From assembly GCA_038321865.1 (NCBI GenBank), contig JBBQFH010000051.1, positions 1 to 13,502 of the forward strand: DNA of 13,502 nucleotides, written 5' to 3'. This DNA comes from Gemmatimonadales bacterium. Its GTDB lineage: Bacteria > Gemmatimonadota > Gemmatimonadetes > Gemmatimonadales > GWC2-71-9. A program made the translations under genes and the position numbers. The notes under the pieces are model-generated. The model was not told where the DNA came from and did not search any database. It saw nothing but the letters and a program-made list of their open reading frames with translations. Shown in pieces: positions 1 through 7,461 of the stretch; the stretch's first letter is position 1; each line of letters opens with the position of its first letter.

Positions 1-811
1 CTACCGCGGCGGGCTCCACCGAGCGGATGACCGGCTTGAGCCGGTCCTCATCCAGCCGGCTCAGGTCGAGCAGGTCGTTGATCAGGCTGACCGCCTGTCG
101 GGCTGAATCGAGCACCTCGAACGCCGCGCGGGGCACTGTCGCCGGATCCTTCTTGCGTACCAGCAACTCGGCCCAGCCGAAGACCGCCGCCAGCGCGTTC
201 CGGAGCTCGTGGTTCACCATGGCGAAGAACCGCTCACGGGCCCGGTGGAGCTCCTGCACTTCCTCGATCAGCCGGGCGCTTTCCTCGTGCAGCCGGGCAT
301 TCTCGACCGTCGCGGCGGCCGCGGCGGCGAGCAGCACGGCGATATGCTCGTCCTCATCGCTGAACACCTCCGCGCCGAGCTTCTCGGTCAGGTAGAGATT
401 GCCGAACACCCCCCGGCGCCCGACGATGGGCACGCCCAGGAATGAGTGCATCGGCGGGTGGTGGGCCGGGAAGCCGTAGGAGTCGGGGTGCCTGGCGAGA
501 TCAGGGAGGCGGATCGGGCGCGCTTCGCGGATGACGAGTCCCAGGATGCCATGCCCGCGAGGCGGGGGCCCGATCAGCTCGCGGTCCTCGGAAGAGATGC
601 CGTAGGTGGTGAAGCTCTCGAGCACGCGGCCATCGGGGGCGAGCACGCCGATCGCGGCGTAGCGGGCACCGATCACCGACGCCGCCACCTGGACGACGCG
701 CTGGAGCACGCCCTCGAGCGCAAGCTCGCCGATGAGGGAGGACGTGGCGACGACGAGGGCTTCGAGCCGCGCCTCGGTGCTCTGCAAGTGCTGGCCGGAC
801 CGGTGGGGCAT
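1..811 (-). CDS. GAF-domain sensor histidine kinase, DosS/DevS-like haem GAF + HisKA (3'-truncated by window edge)
   Basis: Not in the ORF track because it has no stop inside the window. Manual translation from ATG 811: MPHRSGQHLQSTEARLEALVVATSSLIGELALEGVLQRVVQVAASVIGARYAAIGVL...IGPPPRGHGILGLVIREARPIRLPDLARHPDSYGFPAHHPPMHSFLGVPIVGRRGVFGNLYLTEK...FSDEDEHIAVLLAAAAAATVENARLHEE...RERFFAMVNHELRNALAAVFGWAELL...LINDLLDLSRL. The GFPxxHPPM/FLGVP/FGxLYLT motifs match DevS GAF-A, and HELRN is a HisKA H-box. An in-frame stop at 880-878 limits upstream extension. Confidence 0.93.
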   Translation of the reverse strand, partial: MPHRSGQHLQSTEARLEALVVATSSLIGELALEGVLQRVVQVAASVIGARYAAIGVLAPDGRVLESFTTYGISSEDRELIGPPPRGHGILGLVIREARPIRLPDLARHPDSYGFPAHHPPMHSFLGVPIVGRRGVFGNLYLTEKLGAEVFSDEDEHIAVLLAAAAAATVENARLHEESARLIEEVQELHRARERFFAMVNHELRNALAAVFGWAELLVRKKDPATVPRAAFEVLDSARQAVSLINDLLDLSRLDEDRLKPVIRSVEPAAV

Positions 812-854
812 GCCGGAAGGTAGGGTCGGAGTGCCGGCACGGGAAACCCCTCGC

Positions 855-872
855 CTGAAGGAAGCTTCACCC
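855..872. promoter_or_regulatory. Putative transcription-factor site, copy 1 (CTGAAGGAAGCTTCACCC; TGAAG-N4-CTTCA dyad)
   Basis: Lies 43 nt upstream of the kinase ATG in a divergent intergenic region. An exact 18/18 copy is at 8659-8676. Confidence 0.65.
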
Positions 873-1186
873 CAGCCTCATGCCCCGCCGCCGGTGTCTC
901 CGACGATCCGGAGGCCACCGACGTGCTCGACGAGCTCCGGGCGGCCTACGCCGGGCGCCACCCAGCGGTCCAGGACAGGAGGCGTAGACCGGATGCTTCG
1001 CGTGCATATCGTGGCGAGCTTCGCCGAGGGAACCCGATCCTGATCGGCGGCGTGAGACGACGACTTGGTGGCGGAGAGTTTCACGCTGACTTCATCGCGG
1101 CTTCAGGGCGGCGAAATCAGACTGGATCCCGGTCGGGGTCGGTGCGAACGCGCCGGCCATCCGTGCCGAACCGACGAGTGGACATC

Positions 1187-1441
1187 ATGACGCCCATCCC
1201 AACAACGGAGGCGCGGGCGGCTTCCAGACAGCATCCGCTCCGCCGCCTGCTGGAGCAGCTGGACCGCACCTTCACGACCGAAGGGCACGAGACGGCGCTC
1301 GGGGTCGTGACCGAACTGCTGGAACGCCTCGACGATGACACGCTGCGGGCCTACGCGTACCGGCATGGCATCCGGAGCGAAGACGAATTCGAGGAGGAGT
1401 CGGGGCCGGATCGCGGCATGTCCCCGAGCCCCACGACATGA
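1187..1441 (+). CDS. Small hypothetical protein (84 aa), translationally coupled to the USP gene
   Basis: MTPIPTTEARAASRQHPLRRLLEQLDRTFTTEGHETALGVVTELLERLDDDTLRAYAYRHGIRSEDEFEEE... looks helical with GC3-biased codons. Its stop overlaps the USP start (ATGA, 1438-1441). An alternative GTG start at 923 has a GGAGG at 910-914, but the N-terminal extension is less protein-like. Confidence 0.6.
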   Translation: MTPIPTTEARAASRQHPLRRLLEQLDRTFTTEGHETALGVVTELLERLDDDTLRAYAYRHGIRSEDEFEEESGPDRGMSPSPTT

Positions 1442-2472
1442 GCACCGTCCCGTCGCCGAGCATTCTGGTGCCTCTGGACGGCTCGGTGCTCGCCGAGCAG
1501 GCGCTCTGGGTCGCCGCCCGCCTGGCGCGGCGGCGGCATGGGGTGTTGCATCTCGTCACGGTCCGGGTACCCACACCCACGGCCGGCGACAGGGCGGCGG
1601 CGCCAACCGCGGGCGCAGACAGCGGGCGCGAGATCCGGCACGATCTGCGTGAGTACCTGGAGGGCAAGGCCGAGGCGCTGGCCACCGCGCACGGGGAATG
1701 CTCTTCCTGTGGCGTGCTGCACGGCTGGCCCCCCGACGCGCTGGCGGACTACGTGCGGACGAACCGTATCGCGCTCGTCGTCATGACCACCCACGGCCGG
1801 AGCGGGGTGAGCCGCCACTGGATCGGCAGCGTCACGGACGGACTGCTCGCGCGCGTACGCGCCCCGGTCCTGGTCCTGCGTCCCGCCATGGTGGCATCGA
1901 CTGCGCGATTCCAGCGGATACTGGTCGCCCTGGACGGCTCGGCCGGGTCCAAGAAGGTCCTGGCGGAGGCCGTCGCGCTTGGTTCGGTGGAATCGGGCAC
2001 GGAGTTCACGCTGGTGGAGGTCGTCGAGCCACCGACGCCGGTTCCCCACCATGGGCCGGTCCATCCCGGGCCCGATTCGGCGGGCTCGCTCGGGCGCCGG
2101 CGGGAGGCGGCCGCGCAGGATCTGGAACGGCTGGCAGAACAGCTCACCAAGCGTGGGCTGGCGGTGACGGCGCAGGTGCTCGTCGCGCAGAGAGTTGCGG
2201 AGGAGCTCCTCACCCTTGCCCAGAGGCTCGGCAGCGACCTGATCGTCGTGGGCACTCAGCGCCCGCGGACGACGGAGCGGCTCCTGTTGGGAAGCGTGGC
2301 GGACAAGGTGGTTCGGGGAGCGAGCCAACCGGTGCTGGTGATTCCGGTCAGAAAGCGCCGGTCGCATGCCACGAGAGGGCCCGTTCGGCGGAGCGCCGAG
2401 CCGGGGAGGGCGGCGGCCAGATCAGCGCGTGCTGCCAGTCGGCCAGGGGCGGTGGCGCGGTCCGGGCCGTGA
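1438..2472 (+). CDS. Universal stress protein, two tandem USP domains
   Basis: Domain 1: ILVPLDGS...VVMTTHGRSGVSRHWIGSVTDGLLARVRAPVLVL. Domain 2: RILVALDGS...DLIVVGTQR...LLLGSVADKVVRGASQPVLVI. Ends in an Arg/Ala-rich low-complexity tail. Confidence 0.93.
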   Translation: MSTVPSPSILVPLDGSVLAEQALWVAARLARRRHGVLHLVTVRVPTPTAGDRAAAPTAGADSGREIRHDLREYLEGKAEALATAHGECSSCGVLHGWPPDALADYVRTNRIALVVMTTHGRSGVSRHWIGSVTDGLLARVRAPVLVLRPAMVASTARFQRILVALDGSAGSKKVLAEAVALGSVESGTEFTLVEVVEPPTPVPHHGPVHPGPDSAGSLGRRREAAAQDLERLAEQLTKRGLAVTAQVLVAQRVAEELLTLAQRLGSDLIVVGTQRPRTTERLLLGSVADKVVRGASQPVLVIPVRKRRSHATRGPVRRSAEPGRAAARSARAASRPGAVARSGP

Positions 2473-2629
2473 TCTCAATGAGGAGACGTGGTCCTCAGGG
2501 TGGTGGGTCGCATTCTCATGCCGTATTCACGGCCCGTTCATGGGGACACCGCTAACGTATTGGCATCGCCGTACAGAACGAGCTCGAGCGCCATCGAGCA
2601 CGACGGAGAACTTCGAGGGGAGGCACACC

Positions 2630-3298
2630 ATGAGAACCGACACCGAACTACGCACCGACGTCATCTCGGAGCTGAACTGGGATCCCAGCGTTCGCGATGA
2701 GGACATCGCCACCGCTGTGAAGGACGGCGTGGTGACGGTCGCCGGCATCGTCGACACCTATGCCCAGCGCTGTGCGGCCGAGCATGCGGTGGAGCGGGTG
2801 CTTGGGGTCAAGGCGATCGTCAACGACCTGACCGTCAAGCTGCCCGGCGCCCTGGAGCGCTCGGACACCGACATCGCCCATGCCGCCGTCAACGCGCTGC
2901 GTTGGCACATCGAAGTGCCGGACGAGCGGATCCAGGTCAAGGTGACGAATGGCTGGATCACGCTCGAAGGCGAGGTCGACCGGTACTTCCAGAAGGAAGC
3001 GGCCGAGCGCGCCGTCCGGTTTCTGATGGGCGTCAAGGGCGTGGCCAATCTCATCGCCCTGCGGGCCACGCCCACTCCGGCGGACATCAAGCAGCGCATC
3101 CGGGCCGGCATCAAGCGCCACGCCGAGCTCGACGCGGAGCAGATCGCGGTCGAGACGAGCGGATCCCAGGTCACGCTGCGGGGCACGGTCCGCTCGGTGG
3201 CGGAGCGGCGGGACGCGGAGCGCGCGGCCTGGAACGCCCCGGGTGTCCAGAGAGTGGACAATGACATCAGGGTCTCGGCGCCCGTCATGGTTATGTAA
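2630..3298 (+). CDS. BON-domain protein (OsmY-like, three BON repeats), 222 aa
   Basis: ATG 2630 follows GGAGG (2619-2623). Repeats: MRTDTELRTDVISELNWDPSV...VKDGVVTVAG...GVKAIVNDL; SDTDIAHAAVNALRW...VTNGWITLEGEVD...GVKGVANLI; ...VTLRGTVRS...AAWNAPGVQRVDNDI. No signal peptide evident. Confidence 0.92.
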   Translation: MRTDTELRTDVISELNWDPSVRDEDIATAVKDGVVTVAGIVDTYAQRCAAEHAVERVLGVKAIVNDLTVKLPGALERSDTDIAHAAVNALRWHIEVPDERIQVKVTNGWITLEGEVDRYFQKEAAERAVRFLMGVKGVANLIALRATPTPADIKQRIRAGIKRHAELDAEQIAVETSGSQVTLRGTVRSVAERRDAERAAWNAPGVQRVDNDIRVSAPVMVM

Positions 3299-3315
3299 CC
3301 TCGCGCACGTGCATT

Positions 3316-3353
3316 ACGACCCCTGGGGCGATGCTCATCGACCCAGGGGCCGT
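3316..3353. terminator. Stem-loop between convergent genes (probable bidirectional terminator)
   Basis: CCCCTGGG (3320-3327) pairs with CCCAGGGG (3342-3349), with an inner CGATG/CATCG stem. It sits between the BON stop (3298) and the convergent stop (3369). U-tracts are weak. Confidence 0.6.
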
Positions 3354-3368
3354 TGTGCGCCCCAATGC

Positions 3369-3794
3369 TCAACTTGGCGGATGGTGCCCCGCGTGCCCTG
3401 CGCTATCGGCGGGAGTCGAGTCCGCCCCAGGGATCGGCGCCGGGTGCTCCCCGGCCTCCGGCTCTTTCATCATGCGCATCATCCCTTCCCCGGGCTCCAT
3501 CATCTTGCGCATGTGCTCCTGCATCACCTTGCGCTGGGCGACCAGCTCGTTGATGACGGCGGCCATCGCCGTGACCTTGCTGTTGCCGGTCGCCCGGTTC
3601 ATCCGGCTGACCAGGGTGTCCAGCCGGGCATTCAGCGAATCCATCACCTGCATCTGCGCCGCCATCCCCGACTTGCCCGCCATGCCGCCGGGTCGGCGGT
3701 CCGGCTGTGGTGGCGCTGTCGGCTGCTGAGCGGCCAGTAGATGTGCGCTGAGCATTAGTGCCGCCAAGCCTGCTCCGAATCGAACGGTTTTCAT
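3369..3794 (-). CDS. Secreted Met-rich, His-tailed helical protein (candidate periplasmic Cu/Ag-binding protein)
   Basis: GAGG lies just upstream of the ATG. Sec signal MKTVRFGAGLAALMLSAHLLA|AQQ. 16 Met in 141 aa (EHMRKMMEPGEGMMRMMK) and a C-terminal GHAGHH. Confidence 0.8.
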   Translation of the reverse strand: MKTVRFGAGLAALMLSAHLLAAQQPTAPPQPDRRPGGMAGKSGMAAQMQVMDSLNARLDTLVSRMNRATGNSKVTAMAAVINELVAQRKVMQEHMRKMMEPGEGMMRMMKEPEAGEHPAPIPGADSTPADSAGHAGHHPPS

Positions 3795-3859
3795 GATGAC
3801 CTCATTGTGGGGAACTGATTTCCTCGCGCTTCCTCCACCTATAATAATGCGCAGCGGAC

Positions 3860-4119
3860 GTGGGCGAGCTCCTCGCGCCGATGGCGGGAATCGGTGTTGG
3901 TGAAGAACTGTTCACACACCCTGTCGGCCAGGGCGATGCGTTGCTCATCGATGCCGACCGCGTGGCGGTCACGAGCGCCGCGCACCACATCTTCACGCTC
4001 AACATCGGCGAGCTGGCGCCCGGCATCACGTTGCGCCAGGGCTGGTCCGAGGCGGACGCGAGCGTCGGAGGGCGGCGGGTAATCATCTCCAGCACGCACC
4101 CGGAGTCGAACTTCGCACC
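3860..4119 (+). pseudogene. Probable internal fragment of an endonuclease/exonuclease/phosphatase (EEP) family gene
   Basis: GDALLIDADRVAV...PGITLRQGWSEADASVGGRRVIISSTHPES resembles the RGW-x-VD-x-TV-G-R...F-x-NTHLE segment of EEP proteins. No plausible N- or C-terminus. Recognised from memory only. Confidence 0.4.
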
Positions 4120-4356
4120 CGCAGTGCAGGGTGGGTCCTGTCACCGCGCCGAGCCTTCGGCAACCGATACGCCGTCGCTGCCGTGGCGCTGGCGGTCCGG
4201 CTCCAGCTGCTCGCCAGGTTGTTTGCCCCGCTCAGCCGGGTACTCGACGTCGTGCCGCTCTCCCCGATGGATGGGCTGATCGTGGCCGCGCTCGGCCTGG
4301 TGCCCGCCGTGGTGGGCCAGACCGTCAAGTCGGTCCGCGCGCCTCATCCCGCATGA
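4120..4356 (+). pseudogene. C-terminal fragment of a cation-transporting (Ca2+-type) P-type ATPase
   Basis: Frame not in the ORF track: RSAGWVLSPRRAFGNRYAVAAVALAVRLQLLARLFAPLSRVLDVVPLSPMDGLIVAALGLVPAVVGQTVKSVRAPHPA*. This resembles the last two TM helices of Cation_ATPase_C. Its TGA (4354-4356) overlaps the ATG of the next gene. Confidence 0.72.
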
Positions 4357-5987
4357 GGTTCGCTCTCGCGATCCTGGGCCTCGCCCTCCTTTCGGCTCGC
4401 TCCGCGGCGGCGCAGGATACCGTTGGCGCCCACATCCGGACCATGATCGCCGTGGCCCGCCACCCGTGGGCCCGGCGACCGGATTTCCCCCGCCTCGTAG
4501 ACGTGGTGGCGCGGCTTTATGCCTCGCGCGGCGATGGCCCGGTCTGGCTCGCGGGGCGGCGCCTGTCCCAGGCCGGCCGCTCGGCCGTCGCCTTGCTGCT
4601 CGCCGCGGGCGATGAGGGGCTGGTGCCGGCCGACTACGATGCCGCCACGCTCGACGGCCTCGCGCGAGGGCTCCCGCATCCGTCCTGGAACGCGGTGGCG
4701 CTGGCGCGGTTCGACCTGCTGTTGAGCGTCGACCTGCTGCGATATCTCGACGATCTGCGTAGCGGCCGCGTGCGGCCGGGGCCCTTCGGCCAAGGGCGAG
4801 CGCCAGCGGGTCTGGATCTGGCCGTGAGCGTCGCGGCCGCGGCGACCGGTGATTCCGTCGCCCGGCTCGTGGGTGCGCTCGAGCCACACCTGGCACAGTA
4901 TCGAAATCTGCGGATACATCTGGCGCGGTACCGCCGCCTCGCGGCGGACACGCCCTTCGTTGCGCTGGAGGCGGACCGAGTGGTGCGTCCGGGCGACCCG
5001 TACTCCGGCGTGGGCGCCCTCCGCCGCCGGTTGATCGTGCTTGGGGACCTGGCACCGGCGGTGGCTGGCGACACGGGCGATGTCTACACGGAATCCGTCA
5101 CGAGTGCAGTTCGTCGGTTCCAGGTCCGTCATGCGCTGGAACCGGACGGGGTGCTGGGGCGCGGGACGCTCGCGGCGCTCAACGTCCCCTTTACGGCCCG
5201 CGTCGAGCAGATCGCACTGGCCCTGGAGCGTCTCCGGGCACTGCCGCCGATCGGCCGGCAGCGGTTCGTCGTGGTGAACATCCCGTCGTTCCAGCTCTTC
5301 GCCTTCGACTCAGTGGGTGGGGCCGGAGCGCCCGTGCTCCAGATGAGGGTGGTGACGGGCAAGGCCCTCGATACCCGGACGCCCCTCCTGTTCGAGGAGC
5401 TGCGGTACGTCGAGTTCTGGCCGTACTGGAACGTGCCGCGCAGCATTCTCGTGAAGGAGATGCTGCCGATGCTGAGGCGCCGCCCGAGCTACCTCCGGGC
5501 CAACCAGATGGAGGTCGTGGGCCCGCGCCGGGCGGTGCTCGGGGACGACGTCACTCCCCAGATCCTGAGGCGGCTCGCAGCGGGTGAGCTGAGCGTACGC
5601 CAGCGGCCGAGGCCGTGGAACGCGCTGGGCCTGGCGAAATTCGTGTTCCCGAACTCAGCCAACGTCTACATGCATGGGACACCCCAGACCGAGCTGTTCG
5701 CCCGCACCCGCCGGGACTTCAGCCACGGCTGCATCCGGCTCGAGGATCCGGCGGCGCTGGCGGCGTGGGTGCTGCAGGACCAGCCGGCATGGAGCCGCGC
5801 GGCGATCGAGCTAAGGATGGTGGCCGGCGTGAACACGCGGGTGCTGCTCAGCCGGCCGATGCCGGTCGTTGTGTTCTACACTACCGCGGTGGCGGCCCCT
5901 GACGGCACGATTCGCTTCTATGAGGATGTGTATGGCCACGACCACTCGCTGGTAGAGGCCCTGCGCTCCGTCACGTCGCCCCCGTGA
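4353..5987 (+). CDS. Murein L,D-transpeptidase, YcbB/LdtD-like (scaffold + PG-binding + YkuD domains), 544 aa
   Basis: Signal peptide MRFALAILGLALLSARSAAA|QD from ATG 4353. PG-binding motif AVRRFQVRHALEPDGVLGRGTL. Also VVVNIPSFQL, PYWNVPRSI, NALGLAKFVFPN and the catalytic YMHGTP...FSHGCIRL. Confidence 0.93.
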   Translation: MRFALAILGLALLSARSAAAQDTVGAHIRTMIAVARHPWARRPDFPRLVDVVARLYASRGDGPVWLAGRRLSQAGRSAVALLLAAGDEGLVPADYDAATLDGLARGLPHPSWNAVALARFDLLLSVDLLRYLDDLRSGRVRPGPFGQGRAPAGLDLAVSVAAAATGDSVARLVGALEPHLAQYRNLRIHLARYRRLAADTPFVALEADRVVRPGDPYSGVGALRRRLIVLGDLAPAVAGDTGDVYTESVTSAVRRFQVRHALEPDGVLGRGTLAALNVPFTARVEQIALALERLRALPPIGRQRFVVVNIPSFQLFAFDSVGGAGAPVLQMRVVTGKALDTRTPLLFEELRYVEFWPYWNVPRSILVKEMLPMLRRRPSYLRANQMEVVGPRRAVLGDDVTPQILRRLAAGELSVRQRPRPWNALGLAKFVFPNSANVYMHGTPQTELFARTRRDFSHGCIRLEDPAALAAWVLQDQPAWSRAAIELRMVAGVNTRVLLSRPMPVVVFYTTAVAAPDGTIRFYEDVYGHDHSLVEALRSVTSPP

Positions 5988-6027
5988 ACGGTTGCGGGCG
6001 CGCGGACCCGCAGGTTACTCTGATCGC

Positions 6028-6717
6028 ATGCTCCCGCCCACCAGCGCTCGCATCACCATGCTCGTCCTGGCGTCGCTGACGACGTTCGGGCCGCTGCGCG
6101 CCGCTCCACGTCCGAACCGCGCGGAGCCGCTGGACGTCATCGCCCTGGCCCACGCCTCCCAGCGCGCGGGGCTCCGCCCCGAAGTGCTTCGGCTCGCACT
6201 TCGGGCCCGGGACCGCGCGGCGGCGAGCGGTCTATCGGCTCGTCCGGTGCTCACCGTGATCGACTACAGCCTTCCTTCGCGCGAGCGTCGGCTCTGGGTG
6301 CTCGACCTGGCGCACGCCCGCGTCCTCGCGCGCGAGCTGGTGGCACACGGGCGCGGGACCGGTGACGATCGCGCGGTCCGCTTCTCAAATCGGCCGGGCA
6401 GCCTCCAGTCCAGCCTCGGCACGTTCGTCACCGGCGCGGCGTACTGGGGCAAGCACGGGCTCGCCCTCAGGCTGCGCGGGCTCGACCACGGCATCAACGA
6501 CCGGGCAGAGGCGCGGGCCATCGTGATCCATGGGGCGCCCTACGTCAGCGAGGCCGTGGTCGCGAAGCTCGGGCGGCTCGGTCGCAGCCAAGGCTGCCCC
6601 GCGTTGAGCCCGTCAGCGGCGGCCCGGGTCATTGGTCTCATTGGCGAGGGCACGGTCGTGTTCGCCTACCATCCGCGGCGTTCCGAGCACGCCGGCAAGA
6701 CCGCCGGGCGCCAGTAG
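6028..6717 (+). CDS. Murein L,D-transpeptidase catalytic-domain family protein (YkuD_2 type)
   Basis: Motifs VIDYSLPSRERRLWVLDL, VAHGRGTG, FSNRPGSLQSSLG, RAIVIHGAPY and GRSQGCPAL, with a hydrophobic N-terminal segment. Start uncertain (6028 or 6058). Confidence 0.9.
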   Translation: MLPPTSARITMLVLASLTTFGPLRAAPRPNRAEPLDVIALAHASQRAGLRPEVLRLALRARDRAAASGLSARPVLTVIDYSLPSRERRLWVLDLAHARVLARELVAHGRGTGDDRAVRFSNRPGSLQSSLGTFVTGAAYWGKHGLALRLRGLDHGINDRAEARAIVIHGAPYVSEAVVAKLGRLGRSQGCPALSPSAAARVIGLIGEGTVVFAYHPRRSEHAGKTAGRQ

Positions 6718-6722
6718 ACCCT

Positions 6723-6845
6723 GCCTCCGTGACGGCGGTCGTGACGATCGGGCTTCCGTTCACGCCGGGCGGCCGGCGGTACTTCGAGCTCATCGCGCCG
6801 CCGGGCCACGTCGTGGAGCTGGTCGTCCTCGTGCTCGTTACCTAG
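6723..6845 (+). pseudogene. Short fragment from near the C-terminus of an MgtA-type P-type ATPase
   Basis: Translates ASVTAVVTIGLPFTPGGRRYFELIAPPGHVVELVVLVLVT*. 6729-6764 matches 8025-8060 of the larger mgtA remnant at 30/36 nt. Confidence 0.65.
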
Positions 6846-6846
6846 C

Positions 6847-7253
6847 CTAGTTGGCTTTGTCGAGCCGGAAGTTCACGGTAGCGTCGGCCCCGCTGTAGAT
6901 CACACGGACCGTCCACGCGCCAGCGGTCCCGGCGCTGCTGGAAAACGTGCTGTTGTCGGCAAGCGAGCGGCTATAGACCTCCACCCCATTCGCGTCGCGG
7001 AGAACCAGGTTCACCGAGCCGGCCGCGACTGCCGCCGATTGGTTGACCGTCGCGGTCGTGCCGGAATTTTGCCAGCTGTAGACCTGGGTGCCCGAGAAGT
7101 TCTGGATATCAGTGATCTGGTACTGAAAGTTATCCGGCGTGTTGATGATCTCGGGATCGCGCCCGGGCGCGGTCGTACTGTCGCCGCACGCCACCAGAGG
7201 GCGGCGCCGGCAACCAGCCGCCGGCGCATGCTCTGCAAATGGAGAACCCTCAT
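6847..7253 (-). pseudogene. Small beta-rich lipoprotein gene with a -1 frameshift in the signal peptide (pseudogene or sequencing error)
   Basis: AGGAGG lies 7 nt before ATG 7253. That frame gives MRVLHLQSMRRRLVAGAAL, and another frame continues LVACGDSTTAPGRDPEIINTPDNFQYQ...VNFRLDKAN*. Adding one base near 7196-7199 gives AALLVA|C (lipobox) and a 135-aa ORF. Confidence 0.75.
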
Positions 7254-7314
7254 CGTCCACCTCCTGATAGGGAAGGATGGCCGCCGGGGGTCGGCAGCAC
7301 GGCAGGCCATGGAG

Positions 7315-7329
7315 GCAGGAGGAATGCCG
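7315..7329 (-). promoter_or_regulatory. Possible sigma-54 -24/-12 promoter for the lipoprotein gene
   Basis: Minus strand CGGCATTCCTCCTGC has the GG-N10-GC spacing, about 60 nt upstream of ATG 7253. Confidence 0.35.
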
Positions 7330-7461
7330 ACCGCCTGGCCGACGGGTTCCTCCACTGGGGCAACGACTTGGCGAGAGGCGCCGGGGTCGCGCTGTAACGC
7401 AACGTGTCGACGCTGTATCGTTTTGTGCCAACGCTCCTAGACCGTATCGCCGGCCGGCACG

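Noticed and set aside
840..853. Degenerate extra copies of the shared dyad (CGGGAAACCCCTCG at 840-853; CCAAGTTTCCCTCG at 8707-8720)
   Set aside because: The arms match only 3/5, which cannot be separated from chance without a genome-wide weight matrix.
993..1043. 16-aa ORF MLRVHIVASFAEGTRS behind an AGGAGG
   Set aside because: Too short, no recognisable leader-peptide feature, and SD-like words are common in this DNA.
2560..2577. TTGGCATCGCCGTACAG as a sigma-54 promoter for the BON gene
   Set aside because: It has a -24-like TGGCA but no GC at the required GG-N10-GC position.
2366..2629. N-terminal extension of the BON ORF in the ORF track
   Set aside because: It overlaps the USP gene and is not protein-like. 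A GGAGG + ATG at 2630 coincides with the start of the first BON domain.
4131..4352. N-terminal extension of the L,D-transpeptidase ORF
   Set aside because: It is an Arg/Pro-rich off-frame reading of the ATPase fragment. The signal peptide begins at ATG 4353.
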